64,000 bases of DNA from Nemertoderma westbladi (lineage: Eukaryota > Animalia > Xenacoelomorpha): the NCBI GenBank assembly GCA_032718475.1, contig JAUCBJ010007562.1:45019-109018 (forward strand), in the 5' to 3' direction. The notes beneath the pieces were generated by a model that saw nothing but the letters and a program-made list of their open reading frames with translations, was not told where the DNA came from and searched no databases. Below are positions 1 to 12,600 of this stretch, in pieces. The stretch's first letter is position 1. Every line of letters starts with the position of its first letter. Both the position numbers and the translations under genes were made by a program.

Positions 1-3000
1 GTTGTCGACTTACCGTTTGAGGTACTTCAGTTGATTTTCGACTTACAGTTTGAGGTACTTCAGTTGGTTATCGACTTACAGTTTGAGGTACTTCAGTTGG
101 TTGTCGACTTACAGTTTGAGGTACTTCAGTTGGTTGTCGACTTACTGTTTGAGATACTTCAGTTGGTTGTCGACTTACCGTTTGAGGTACTTCAGTTGGT
201 TATCGACTTACCGTTTGAGGTACTTCAGTTGGTTGTCGACTTACCGTTTGAGGTACTTCAGTTGATTTTCGACTTACCGTTTGAGGTACTTCAGTTGGTT
301 TTCGACTTACCGTTTGAGGTACTTCAGTTGGTTGTCGACTTACAGTTTGAGGTACTTCAGTTGGTTGTCGACTTACAGTTTGAGGTACTTCAGTTGGTTA
401 TCAACTTACCGTTTGAGGTACTTCAGTTGGTTATCAACTTACCGTTTGAGGTACTTCAGTTGGTTGTCGACTTACCGTTTGAGGTACTTCAGTTGGTTGT
501 TGACTTACCGTTTGAGGTACTTCAGTTGGTTGTCGACTTACCGTTTGAGGTACTTCAGTTGGTTGTTGACTTACCGTTTGAGGTACTTCAGTTGTTGTTG
601 ACTTACCGTTTGAGGTACTTCAGTTGGTTGTCGACTTACAGTTTGAGGTACTTCAGTTGGTTGTCGACTTACAGTTTGAGGTACTTCAGTTGGTTATCGA
701 CTTACAGTTTGAGGTACTTCAGTTGGTTGTCGACTTACAGTTTGAGGTACTTCAGTTGGTTGTCGACTTACTGTTTGAGGTACTTCAGTTGGTTTTCGAC
801 TTACAGTTTGAGGTACTTCTACTTCAGTTGGTTGTCGACTTACAGTTTGAGGTACTTCAGTTGGTTGTCGACTTACCGTTTGAGGTACTTCAGTTGGTTG
901 TCGACTTACCGTTTGAGGTACTTCAGTTGGTTGTCGACTTACCGTTTGAGGTACTTCAGTTGATTTTCGACTTACAGTTTGAGGTACTTCAGTTGGTTTT
1001 CGACTTACAGTTTGAGGTACTTCAGTTGGTTTTCGACTTACAGTTTGAGGTACTTCCACTTCAGTTGGTTGTCGACTTACTGTTTGAGGTACTTCAGTTG
1101 GTTTTCGACTTACAGTTTGAGGTACTTCTACTTCAGTTGGTTGTTGACTTACAGTTTGAGGTACTTCTACTTCAGTTGGTTGTCGACTTACTGTTTGAGG
1201 TACTTCAGTTGGTTTTCGACTTACAGTTTGAGGTACTTCTACTTCAGTTGGTTGTCGACTTACTGTTTGAGGTACTTCAGTTGGTTTTCGACTTACAGTT
1301 TGAGGTACTTCTACTTCAGTTGGTTGTTGACTTACAGTTTGAGGTACTTCTACTTCAGTTGGTTTTCGACTTACAGTTTGAGGTACTTCAGTTGGTTGTC
1401 GACTTACAGTTTGAGGTACTTCAGTTGGTTGTTGACTTACAGTATGAGGTACTTCTACTTCAGTTGATTGTCGACTTACAGTTTGAGGTACTTCAGTTGG
1501 TTGTCGACTTACTGTTTGAGGTACTTCAGTTGGTTGTCGACTTACAGTTTGAGGTACTTCAGTTGGTTGTCGACTTACAGTTTGAGGTACTTCTACTTCA
1601 GTTGGTTGTCGACTTACCGTTTGAGGTACTTCAGTTGATTTTCGACTTACCGTTTGAGGTACTTCAGTTGGTTGTCGACTTACAGTTTGAGGTACTTCAG
1701 TTGGTTGTCGGTTTACCGTTTGAGGTACTTCAGTTGGTTGTCGACTTACCGTTTGAGGTACTTCAGTTGGTTGTCGACTTACCGTTTGAGGTACTTCAGT
1801 TGGTTGTCGGCTTACCGTTTGAGGTACTTCAGTTGGTTGTCGACTTACCGTTTGAGGTACTTCAGTTGGTTGTCGACTTACCGTTTGAGGTACTTCAGTT
1901 GGTTGTCGGCTTACCGTTTGAGGTACTTCAGTTGGTTGTCGACTTACCGTTTGAGGTACTTCAGTTGGTTGTCGACTTACCGTTTGAGGTACTTCAGTTG
2001 GTTGTCGACTTACCGTTTGAGGTACTTCAGTTGATTTTCGACTTACCGTTTGAGGTACTTCAGTTGATTTTCGACTTACCGTTTGAGGTACTTCAGTTGG
2101 TTGTCGGTTTACCGTTTGAGGTACTTCAGTTGGTTGTCGACTTATCGTTTGAGGTACTTCAGTTGGTTGTCGACTTACCGTTTGAGGTACTTCAGTTGGT
2201 TGTCGGCTTACCGTTTGAGGTACTTCAGTTGGTTGTCGACTTACAGTTTGAGGTACTTCAGTTGGTTGTCGACTTACCGTTTGAGGTACTTCAGTTGGTT
2301 GTCGGCTTACCGTTTGAGGTACTTCAGTTGGTTGTCGACTTACCGTTTGAGGTACTTCAGTTGGTTGTCGACTTACCGTTTGAGGTACTTCAGTTGGTTG
2401 TCGACTTACAGTTTGAGGTACTTCAGTTGGTTGTCGGCTTACAGTTTGAGGTACTTCAGTTGATTTTCGACTTACCGTTTGAGGTACTTCAGTTGGTTGT
2501 CGACTTACCGTTTGAGGTACTTCAGTTGATTTTCGACTTACCGTTTGAGGTACTTCAGTTGATTTTCGACTTACCGTTTGAGGTACTTCAGTTGATTTTC
2601 GACTTACCGTTTGAGGTACTTCAGTTGATTTTCGACTTACCGTTTGAGGTACTTCAGTTGGTTGTCGACTTACCGTTTGAGGCCTACTTCAGTTGGTTAT
2701 CGACTTACCGTTTGAGGTACTTCAGTTGGTTGTCGGCTTACCGTTTGAGGTACTTCAGTTGGTTGTCGACTTACAGTTTGAGGTACTTCAGTTGGTTGTC
2801 GACTTACCGTTTGAGGTACTTCAGTTGGTTGTCGACTTACCGTTTGAGGTACTTCAGTTGGTTGTCGACTTACCGTTTGAGGTACTTCAGTTGATTTTCG
2901 ACTTACAGTTTGAGGTACTTCAGTTGATTTTCGACTTACAGTTTGAGGTACTTCAGTTGATTTTCGACTTACAGTTTGAGGTACTTCAGTTGATTTTCGA

Positions 3001-6000
3001 CTTACAGTTTGAGGTACTTCAGTTGATTTTCGACTTACAGTTTGAGGTACTTCAGTTGATTTTCGACTTACAGTTTGAGGTACTTCAGTTGATTTTCGAC
3101 TTACAGTTTGAGGTACTTCAGTTGATTTTCGACTTACAGTTTGAGGTACTTCAGTTGGTTGTCGACTTACAGTTTGAGGTACTTCAGTTGGTTGTCGACT
3201 TACCGTTTGAGGTACTTCAGTTGGTTATCGACTTACCGTTTGAGGTACTTCAGTTGATTTTCGACTTACAGTTTGAGGTACTTCAGTTGGTTATCAACTT
3301 ACCGTTTGAGGTACTTCAGTTGGTTATCAACTTACCGTTTGAGGTACTTCAGTTGGTTGTCGACTTACAGTTTGAGGTACTTCAGTTGGTTATCAACTTA
3401 CCGTTTGAGGTACTTCAGTTGGTTGTCGACTTACCGTTTGAGGTACTTCAGTTGGTTATCGACTTACCGTTTGAGGTACTTCAGTTGATTTTCGACTTAC
3501 AGTTTGAGGTACTTCAGTTGGTTATCAACTTACCGTTTGAGGTACCTCAGTTGGTTGTCGACTTACCGTTTGAGGTACTTCAGTTGGTTGTCGACTTACC
3601 GTTTGAGGTACTTCAGTTGGTTATCGACTTACCGTTTGAGGTACTTCAGTTGATTTTCGACTTACAGTTTGAGGTACTTCAGTTGGTTATCAACTTACCG
3701 TTTGAGGTACTTCAGTTGGTTGTCGACTTACCGTTTGAGGTACTTCAGTTGATTTTCGACTTACAGTTTGAGGTACTTCAGTTGATTTTCGACTTACAGT
3801 TTGAGGTACTTCAGTTGGTTATCAACTTACCGTTTGAGGTACTTCAGTTGGTTGTCGACTTACCGTTTGAGGTACTTCAGTTGGTTATCGACTTACCGTT
3901 TGAGGTACTTCAGTTGATTTTCGACTTACAGTTTGAGGTACTTCAGTTGGTTATCAACTTACCGTTTGAGGTACTTCAGTTGGTTGTCGACTTACCGTTT
4001 GAGGTACTTCAGTTGGTTGTCGACTTACCGTTTGAGGTACTTCAGTTGGTTATCAACTTACCGTTTGAGGTACTTCAGTTGGTTATCAACTTACCGTTTG
4101 AGGTACTTCAGTTGGTTGTCGACTTACAGTTTGAGGTACTTCAGTTGGTTGTCGACTTACCGTTTGAGGTACTTCAGTTGGTTATCGACTTACCGTTTGA
4201 GGTACTTCAGTTGATTTTCGACTTACAGTTTGAGGTACTTCAGTTGGTTATCAACTTACCGTTTGAGGTACTTCAGTTGGTTATCAACTTACCGTTTGAG
4301 GTACTTCAGTTGGTTGTCGACTTACAGTTTGAGGTACTTCAGTTGGTTATCAACTTACCGTTTGAGGTACTTCAGTTGGTTGTCGACTTACCGTTTGAGG
4401 TACTTCAGTTGATTTTCGACTTACAGTTTGAGGTACTTCAGTTGGTTATCAACTTACCGTTTGAGGTACTTCAGTTGGTTGTCGACTTACCGTTTGAGGT
4501 ACTTCAGTTGGTTGTCGACTTACCGTTTGAGGTACTTCAGTTGGTTATCGACTTACCGTTTGAGGTACTTCAGTTGATTTTCGACTTACAGTTTGAGGTA
4601 CTTCAGTTGGTTATCAACTTACCGTTTGAGGTACTTCAGTTGGTTGTCGACTTACCGTTTGAGGTACTTCAGTTGGTTGTCGACTTACCGTTTGAGGTAC
4701 TTCAGTTGGTTATCGACTTACCGTTTGAGGTACTTCAGTTGATTTTCGACTTACAGTTTGAGGTACTTCAGTTGGTTATCAACTTACCGTTTGAGGTACT
4801 TCAGTTGGTTATCGACTTACCGTTTGAGGTACTTCAGTTGATTTTCGACTTACCGTTTGAGGTACTTCAGTTGGTTGTCGACTTACCGTTTGAGGTACTT
4901 CAGTTGGTTGTCGACTTACCGTTTGAGGTACTTCAGTTGATTTTCGACTTACCGTTTGAGGTACTTCAGTTGGTTTTCGACTTACCGTTTGAGGTACTTC
5001 AGTTGATTTTCGACTTACCGTTTGAGGTACTTCAGTTGGTTATCAACTTACCGTTTGAGGTACCTCAGTTGGTTGTCGACTTACCGTTTGAGGTACTTCA
5101 GTTGGTTGTCGACTTACCGTTTGAGGTACTTCAGTTGGTTATCGACTTACCGTTTGAGGTACTTCAGTTGGTTGTCGACTTACCGTTTGAGGTACTTCAG
5201 TTGGTTGTCGACTTACCGTTTGAGGTACTTCAGTTGATTTTCGACTTACCGTTTGAGGTACTTCAGTTGGTTTTCGACTTACCGTTTGAGGTACTTCAGT
5301 TGATTTTCGACTTACAGTTTGAGGTACTTCAGTTGATTTTCGACTTACAGTTTGAGGTACTTCAGTTGATTTTCGACTTACAGTTTGAGGTACTTCAGTT
5401 GATTTTCGACTTACAGTTTGAGGTACTTCAGTTGATTTTCGACTTACAGTTTGAGGTACTTCAGTTGATTTTCGACTTACAGTTTGAGGTACTTCAGTTG
5501 ATTTTCGACTTACAGTTTGAGGTACTTCAGTTGATTTTCGACTTACAGTTTGAGGTACTTCAGTTGGTTGTCGACTTACAGTTTGAGGTACTTCAGTTGG
5601 TTGTCGACTTACCGTTTGAGGTACTTCAGTTGGTTATCGACTTACCGTTTGAGGTACTTCAGTTGATTTTCGACTTACAGTTTGAGGTACTTCAGTTGGT
5701 TATCAACTTACCGTTTGAGGTACTTCAGTTGGTTATCAACTTACCGTTTGAGGTACTTCAGTTGGTTGTCGACTTACAGTTTGAGGTACTTCAGTTGGTT
5801 ATCAACTTACCGTTTGAGGTACTTCAGTTGGTTGTCGACTTACCGTTTGAGGTACTTCAGTTGGTTATCGACTTACCGTTTGAGGTACTTCAGTTGATTT
5901 TCGACTTACAGTTTGAGGTACTTCAGTTGGTTATCAACTTACCGTTTGAGGTACCTCAGTTGGTTGTCGACTTACCGTTTGAGGTACTTCAGTTGGTTGT

Positions 6001-7925
6001 CGACTTACCGTTTGAGGTACTTCAGTTGGTTATCGACTTACCGTTTGAGGTACTTCAGTTGATTTTCGACTTACAGTTTGAGGTACTTCAGTTGGTTATC
6101 AACTTACCGTTTGAGGTACTTCAGTTGGTTGTCGACTTACCGTTTGAGGTACTTCAGTTGATTTTCGACTTACAGTTTGAGGTACTTCAGTTGATTTTCG
6201 ACTTACAGTTTGAGGTACTTCAGTTGGTTATCAACTTACCGTTTGAGGTACTTCAGTTGGTTGTCGACTTACCGTTTGAGGTACTTCAGTTGGTTATCGA
6301 CTTACCGTTTGAGGTACTTCAGTTGATTTTCGACTTACAGTTTGAGGTACTTCAGTTGGTTATCAACTTACCGTTTGAGGTACTTCAGTTGGTTGTCGAC
6401 TTACCGTTTGAGGTACTTCAGTTGGTTGTCGACTTACCGTTTGAGGTACTTCAGTTGGTTATCAACTTACCGTTTGAGGTACTTCAGTTGGTTATCAACT
6501 TACCGTTTGAGGTACTTCAGTTGGTTGTCGACTTACAGTTTGAGGTACTTCAGTTGGTTGTCGACTTACCGTTTGAGGTACTTCAGTTGGTTATCGACTT
6601 ACCGTTTGAGGTACTTCAGTTGATTTTCGACTTACAGTTTGAGGTACTTCAGTTGGTTATCAACTTACCGTTTGAGGTACTTCAGTTGGTTATCAACTTA
6701 CCGTTTGAGGTACTTCAGTTGGTTGTCGACTTACAGTTTGAGGTACTTCAGTTGGTTATCAACTTACCGTTTGAGGTACTTCAGTTGGTTGTCGACTTAC
6801 CGTTTGAGGTACTTCAGTTGATTTTCGACTTACAGTTTGAGGTACTTCAGTTGGTTATCAACTTACCGTTTGAGGTACTTCAGTTGGTTGTCGACTTACC
6901 GTTTGAGGTACTTCAGTTGGTTGTCGACTTACCGTTTGAGGTACTTCAGTTGGTTATCGACTTACCGTTTGAGGTACTTCAGTTGATTTTCGACTTACAG
7001 TTTGAGGTACTTCAGTTGGTTATCAACTTACCGTTTGAGGTACTTCAGTTGGTTGTCGACTTACCGTTTGAGGTACTTCAGTTGGTTGTCGACTTACCGT
7101 TTGAGGTACTTCAGTTGGTTATCGACTTACCGTTTGAGGTACTTCAGTTGATTTTCGACTTACAGTTTGAGGTACTTCAGTTGGTTATCAACTTACCGTT
7201 TGAGGTACTTCAGTTGGTTATCGACTTACCGTTTGAGGTACTTCAGTTGATTTTCGACTTACCGTTTGAGGTACTTCAGTTGGTTGTCGACTTACCGTTT
7301 GAGGTACTTCAGTTGGTTGTCGACTTACCGTTTGAGGTACTTCAGTTGATTTTCGACTTACCGTTTGAGGTACTTCAGTTGGTTGTCGACTTACCGTTTG
7401 AGGTACTTCAGTTGGTTGTCGACTTACCGTTTGAGGTACTTCAGTTGATTTTCGACTTACCGTTTGAGGTACTTCAGTTGGTTGTCGACTTACCGTTTGA
7501 GGTACTTCAGTTGATTTTCGACTTACAGTTTGAGGTACTTCAGTTGGTTATCAACTTACCGTTTGAGGTACTTCAGTTGGTTATCGACTTACCGTTTGAG
7601 GTACTTCAGTTGATTTTCGACTTACCGTTTGAGGTACTTCAGTTGGTTGTCGACTTACCGTTTGAGGTACTTCAGTTGGTTGTCGACTTACCGTTTGAGG
7701 TACTTCAGTTGATTTTCGACTTACCGTTTGAGGTACTTCAGTTGGTTGTCGACTTACCGTTTGAGGTACTTCAGTTGGTTGTCGACTTACCGTTTGAGGT
7801 ACTTCAGTTGATTTTCGACTTACCGTTTGAGGTACTTCAGTTGGTTGTCGACTTACCGTTTGAGGTACTTCAGTTGATTTTCGACTTACCGTTTGAGGTA
7901 CTTCAGTTGGTTGTCGGCTTAGCGC
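1..7925. repeat. 33-bp tandem satellite, ~240 units, running off the left edge
   Basis: Unit GTTGTCGACTTACCGTTTGAGGTACTTCAGTTG with recurrent variants (TTATCGAC, TTATCAAC, ATTTTCGAC, TTACAG/TTACTG; a +6-bp CTACTT variant at ~815-1600). The long + strand ORFs simply translate it. Confidence 0.98.
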
Positions 7926-8549
7926 TTCGAATGTCTGCTCTCGACTTCTGACAACTTCTCGTAGAAGACCTATAAATGAAAATTGTTTGATCATTATATA
8001 TTATGTCACAGTAATAATAATAGTAATGTATACGCCCCATAAAACCGGGAGTTTATTTATTCTGTTTCGAAAACCTCCCAGTTTTTTATTAATAATTTTA
8101 AATTGTTTTGTTTCTTTTCAAAATCCCAAGTTTTTAGAAAACAATCGCAATTACAACGCATTTAAATTTCATTTTAATTATATATATACACAATAAATGT
8201 TACAGGCAGTAAATACAAATACGAGGTTTCGGGTCCAGCAGGCACCATTATCAAGCGCAATAATTTTTATTGTCCGTTTAAATCCTTTTTTTGTCCTTTT
8301 ATTTTTTTATTTTTTATGTCCTCCAAAAATCTAATGTTAGGTTCCATGCTACCGGTTTCTCTACTGCTGTTCTCTCAGGCTATCAGTACCGGTATTAGTA
8401 TATATAGCTATTTTGCTGTATTGTATGTACAGATGTAGGTATAAAGCAGGTATTTCTGTATTTTAGTACCGGTACCGGCACCGGTACTACTGTAGGCCTA
8501 CTGTGTAGCCTACCATTTAAATACTGTACTGGTAGGCCTAACGGCTGAC

Positions 8550-9370
8550 CGGTTATTTTGGTTAGAAAATGCCGCCTCTGTAACCTGCTCCTTTCCCTCA
8601 ATTAGTTAAGTGATCGTTTATTGTTTTGGTTAGGAAATCAACGCCTCTGTAACCTGCTCCTTTCTCTCAATTGGTAATGTTATCGTTTATTGTTTTGGTT
8701 TGAAAATCCCGTCTCTGTAACCTGCTCCTTTCCCTGATTTGGTAAAGTGACTGTTTATTGTTTTGGTTAGAAAATCCCGCCTCTGTAACCTGCTCCTTTC
8801 CCTCAATTAGTTAAGTGATCGTTTATTGTTTTGGTTAGGAAATCCCGCCTCTGTAACCTGCTCCTTTCTCTCAATTGGTAATGTTATCGCTTATTGTTTT
8901 GGCTAGAAAATCCCGTCTCTGTAACCTGCTCCTTTCCCTGATTTGGTAAAGTGACTGTTTATTGTTTTGGTTAGAAAATCCCGCCTCTGTAACCTGCTCC
9001 TTTCCCTCAATTAGTTAAATGATCGTTTATTGTTTTGGTTAGGAAATCCCGTCTCTGTAACCTGCTCCTTTCCCTGATTTGGTAAAGTGACTGTTTATTG
9101 TTTTGGTTAGAAAATCCCGCCTCTGTAACCTGCTCCTTTCCCTCAATTAGTTAAATGATCGCTTATTGTTTTGGTTAGGAAATCCCGTCTCTGTAACCTG
9201 CTCCTTTCCCTGATTTGGTAAAGTGACTGTTTATTGTTTTGGTTAGAAAATCCCGCCTCTGTAACCTGCTCCTTTCCCTCAATTAGTTAAATGATCGTTT
9301 ATTGTTTTGGTTAGGAAATCCCGTCTCTGTAACCTGCTCCTTTCCCTGATTTGGTAAAGTGACTGTTTAT
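8550..9370. repeat. 68-bp minisatellite, ~12 copies
   Basis: Unit GTTTATTGTTTTGGTTAGAAAATCCCGCCTCTGTAACCTGCTCCTTTCCCTCAATTAGTTAAGTGATC at 68-bp spacing; cut at 9370 by a LINE tail. Confidence 0.95.
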
Positions 9371-9679
9371 TATAATAATAATAATAATAATTTCTTTTTA
9401 TTCGCAAAAACTCCGCAACAAGTTAAAAAACCGCACAGAGGCAGCCTAACAGAATAAGATCCCATTATAGCTGATTATTACGCGAATAAAGCGTCACAAC
9501 CTACGATTTAATTTGTACTATAAAATTAACATACAGTAGGTTTAGTACTCAACTAATCTATAATAATGTACTGTACAATATGTACACAGTACCTTAAGCA
9601 CAAACTTCGATCAAACTCGTTAGCCAGCTGTCTCCGGCATATATTTGTTTAAATTTATAGTCATATTAGTGTGTTTAAT

Positions 9680-12600
9680 TTATGTTATGTCGTCACGTGA
9701 GTACATTTTGTAAAATTCCTTCTTTAGTTTATTTGTAAATTTGCTATATGACTTTGTTTCGCGAATATTTAAATTTAGAGAATTCCACAGTCTCGTACTA
9801 CTAACCATCACGCTGTTGTATCCAAATTTTGTTTTTGTTTTTGGTACTTTGATACGGAATGTTCTTTTATTTATGTTTTTATTTTGCCTTTTATAATTTT
9901 TAAGGAAAGCAATACTTAGATTTTTAAATGGTGTTGATAAATCGAAAAAATATTTAAAGAAGTATTTTAGTACGTAGAAATTTCTAAGTGCTTGTAAGTG
10001 GGGTAATTTTGCCTTAGTGCGTAATTCTGTCCCAGTGGCATCTCTGATTTTTTTGCAGTAGACAGTACGTAGCCCGTAGTTTTGAATTTTATCTAGCCCG
10101 TAAAGTAATTCTTTGTACCCGTGTGTCATATGTAGTGGTGTAATAATTTCACAGCAGTAATTATGTAGTGGTAGGACAGTAGCCTTATACACTGTTAGTT
10201 TCGTGTTAGTAGGTAATTGACCTTTAATAAGTCTTAAACATGATACTGCATGGGTCATTTTCTCAGCAATCAATTTTATTTGTGGCTTCCAAGTAATTTT
10301 ATTATCAATTATTATTCCTAGGTATTTAAATTGCAAGCTCTGTTTAACGGTTGCTTTTCCTATGTGCAGGTTAATTTTTTCTATCTCATTTGTTCTAGAA
10401 TGTGGAGTTATTAAAATAAATTCAGTTTTTTCGGGATTTAGTTGCATTTTTAAACTTGAAAAGGTACTATCTATTTTTAATATACGATTTGATAAAGTTT
10501 GGGTAGCAGCGATCGGATCCGGTCCTGATGCAAAGATGAGAGTGTCGTCAGCGTATTGAGTGATGTTAAGGTCTTCAGATTCAGCAATTTCGTTGACGTA
10601 TATGAGGAACATAAGTGTTCCTACGTGTTCCTTGCGGAATTCCCCGTTCAGTCTGTTCCCAACTGGAGAAGTTACCGTTGAGCTTAACCCTTTGTTTTCG
10701 TTGGCAAAGGTAGTCTTTCATTAGGGAGACATCAGTCGAATGGAGACCAATTTCTTTTAATTTTAGAAGAAGAATATGATGATTCAACGAATCGAAAGCC
10801 TTACTTAGATCTAGTGAAGCTACAGCCACGTGATTTCCTCGTCAAGTTTTGATCGCCAATTCTCAGTTGCGTATAATCAATCGCATCCTTAGTAGAAAAA
10901 GATTTCCGAAAACCAAACTGTTTGCTAGGGAGTAGTTTATTTTTAGTTATGTATGTGATTAATTGTATATAGATGACACGCTCATATATTTTTGCAAATG
11001 AGGAAGTTACAGAAATAGGTCTATAATTTTCAGGTATTTCTTTGTCTCCTTTTTTGTACACCGGGGTTACTTCTGCTAATTTAAGTCTATCAGGGAATTG
11101 AGATTTAGTTATAGATTGGTTAATTAAATGAGTCATGATAAATATTATTTTAGGGGAAATTAATTTTATTATTTTCGGGGGCACCTTTGAAGGACCAGGC
11201 GATTTATTCTCATTAAGTTTTGAGATTATATCGGAAACAGTAATCGCATCAATGTTTTTGAAACTGAAATTGTTAATTAAATCTTGATGTTTTTTACTTG
11301 TTTCATACGGAATGTCCTGTAATCCCAGAAAATTTCCTAGATTTAGATACGTTTTGTTAAACAATGATGCCATTGCTATTGGTTTGTTTATTATCCTTTT
11401 TAATTTTTCATCCCGTAAGGAGTGAATTTTGCACGATGGACTCTCTTTATTGAGAATGTTATTTATAATTTTCCACTTTTTACGGGATGAGCTTTCAGAA
11501 ATGAATTTAGATTTTATAAACTTGTTCTTAGCAGCCCTATTTGCATTATTAAATTTGTTCCTATTAAATTTGAAAATACCAAAATCTGAATCCAGTTTAG
11601 TCCTACGCCAATTTACCATTGACTGTGATTTTTAATTTTGCAGTTCTTCCAATTTATCGTTCCACCATGGGCGATTAGTATTTTTATTGTTTTGGTTATG
11701 GCGTTGTTTCATTAGTTTTCTTTTAATCGGGGCATGTTTTTCAATAATTTTTTCTAACACATCTTCAAATAAATTAAAAGCTAAGTTTATATCATTATGC
11801 TGATAAACGTTAGTCCAATCTATTTTATTTATATCTGACAAAAACATTTTTTCTGAGAAACTACTGTAGTCCCTATAAGATACCCAGTTGCCAGTGTTGG
11901 ACGCGTTCATTTTGTTTAGTTTAGAATTTATCTTAAATGTTACGAATTCATGATCTGAGAAGTAACATGGAAATGTGTTGCTCTCCGTTCTATCTAATGA
12001 AAACGAAGTAATAAAAAGGTCCAACAGGGTGTCAATTGTTTTGCCATAACGTGTAGGATTCTTTTAATCAGCTATAGAGAGTCCATATTGGCCCAAGATT
12101 GTTTTAAAATCTTCAACTTTTTTATCGGTGGAATTTAATATATTTATATTAAAATCTCCCATTATCACAATTTTCTTACTCGTAGAATTAATAGCACTTT
12201 CTAGTTCATCATTAAATTGATTTATGAAGAGTGATGAATTTTTTGGTGGGCTGTATACTAGCCCAACAATAAATTCATTACTAACTTCTATCCAAATTGA
12301 ATCATATTTATTTGTAGTTTTGGTTAATTTAATATCTGCTCGTACTTGATGATTAACACTGTCGGGTATATAGATAAGTACACCTCCCCCTTTTTATTAC
12401 GTCTATCAGCTCGATATAAATTGTAGCCAGCCAACTTGACACTTCTATTTATTTGGTACGTTTTTTTTAAGCCATGACTCAGTCACACCTATAATTAGAT
12501 TGTCATCTATACTGGTTAATATGTCTTTTAATTCCGAGTAGTTTTTGACGATACTTCTGGCATTTAAAAGTAAAAATTTGGTTTGGTTTTTATTTTCTAG

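Noticed and set aside
31-7951. Long + strand ORFs (VVDLPFEVLQL)n and (RYFSWLSTYRL)n
   Set aside because: Artefacts of a stop-free 33-bp unit; variants are non-synonymous, frames break at ~592 and ~2683, and there is no unique flanking coding context.
1-9370. CRISPR array
   Set aside because: Repeats are contiguous with no unique spacers, there are no cas genes, and the context is eukaryotic.
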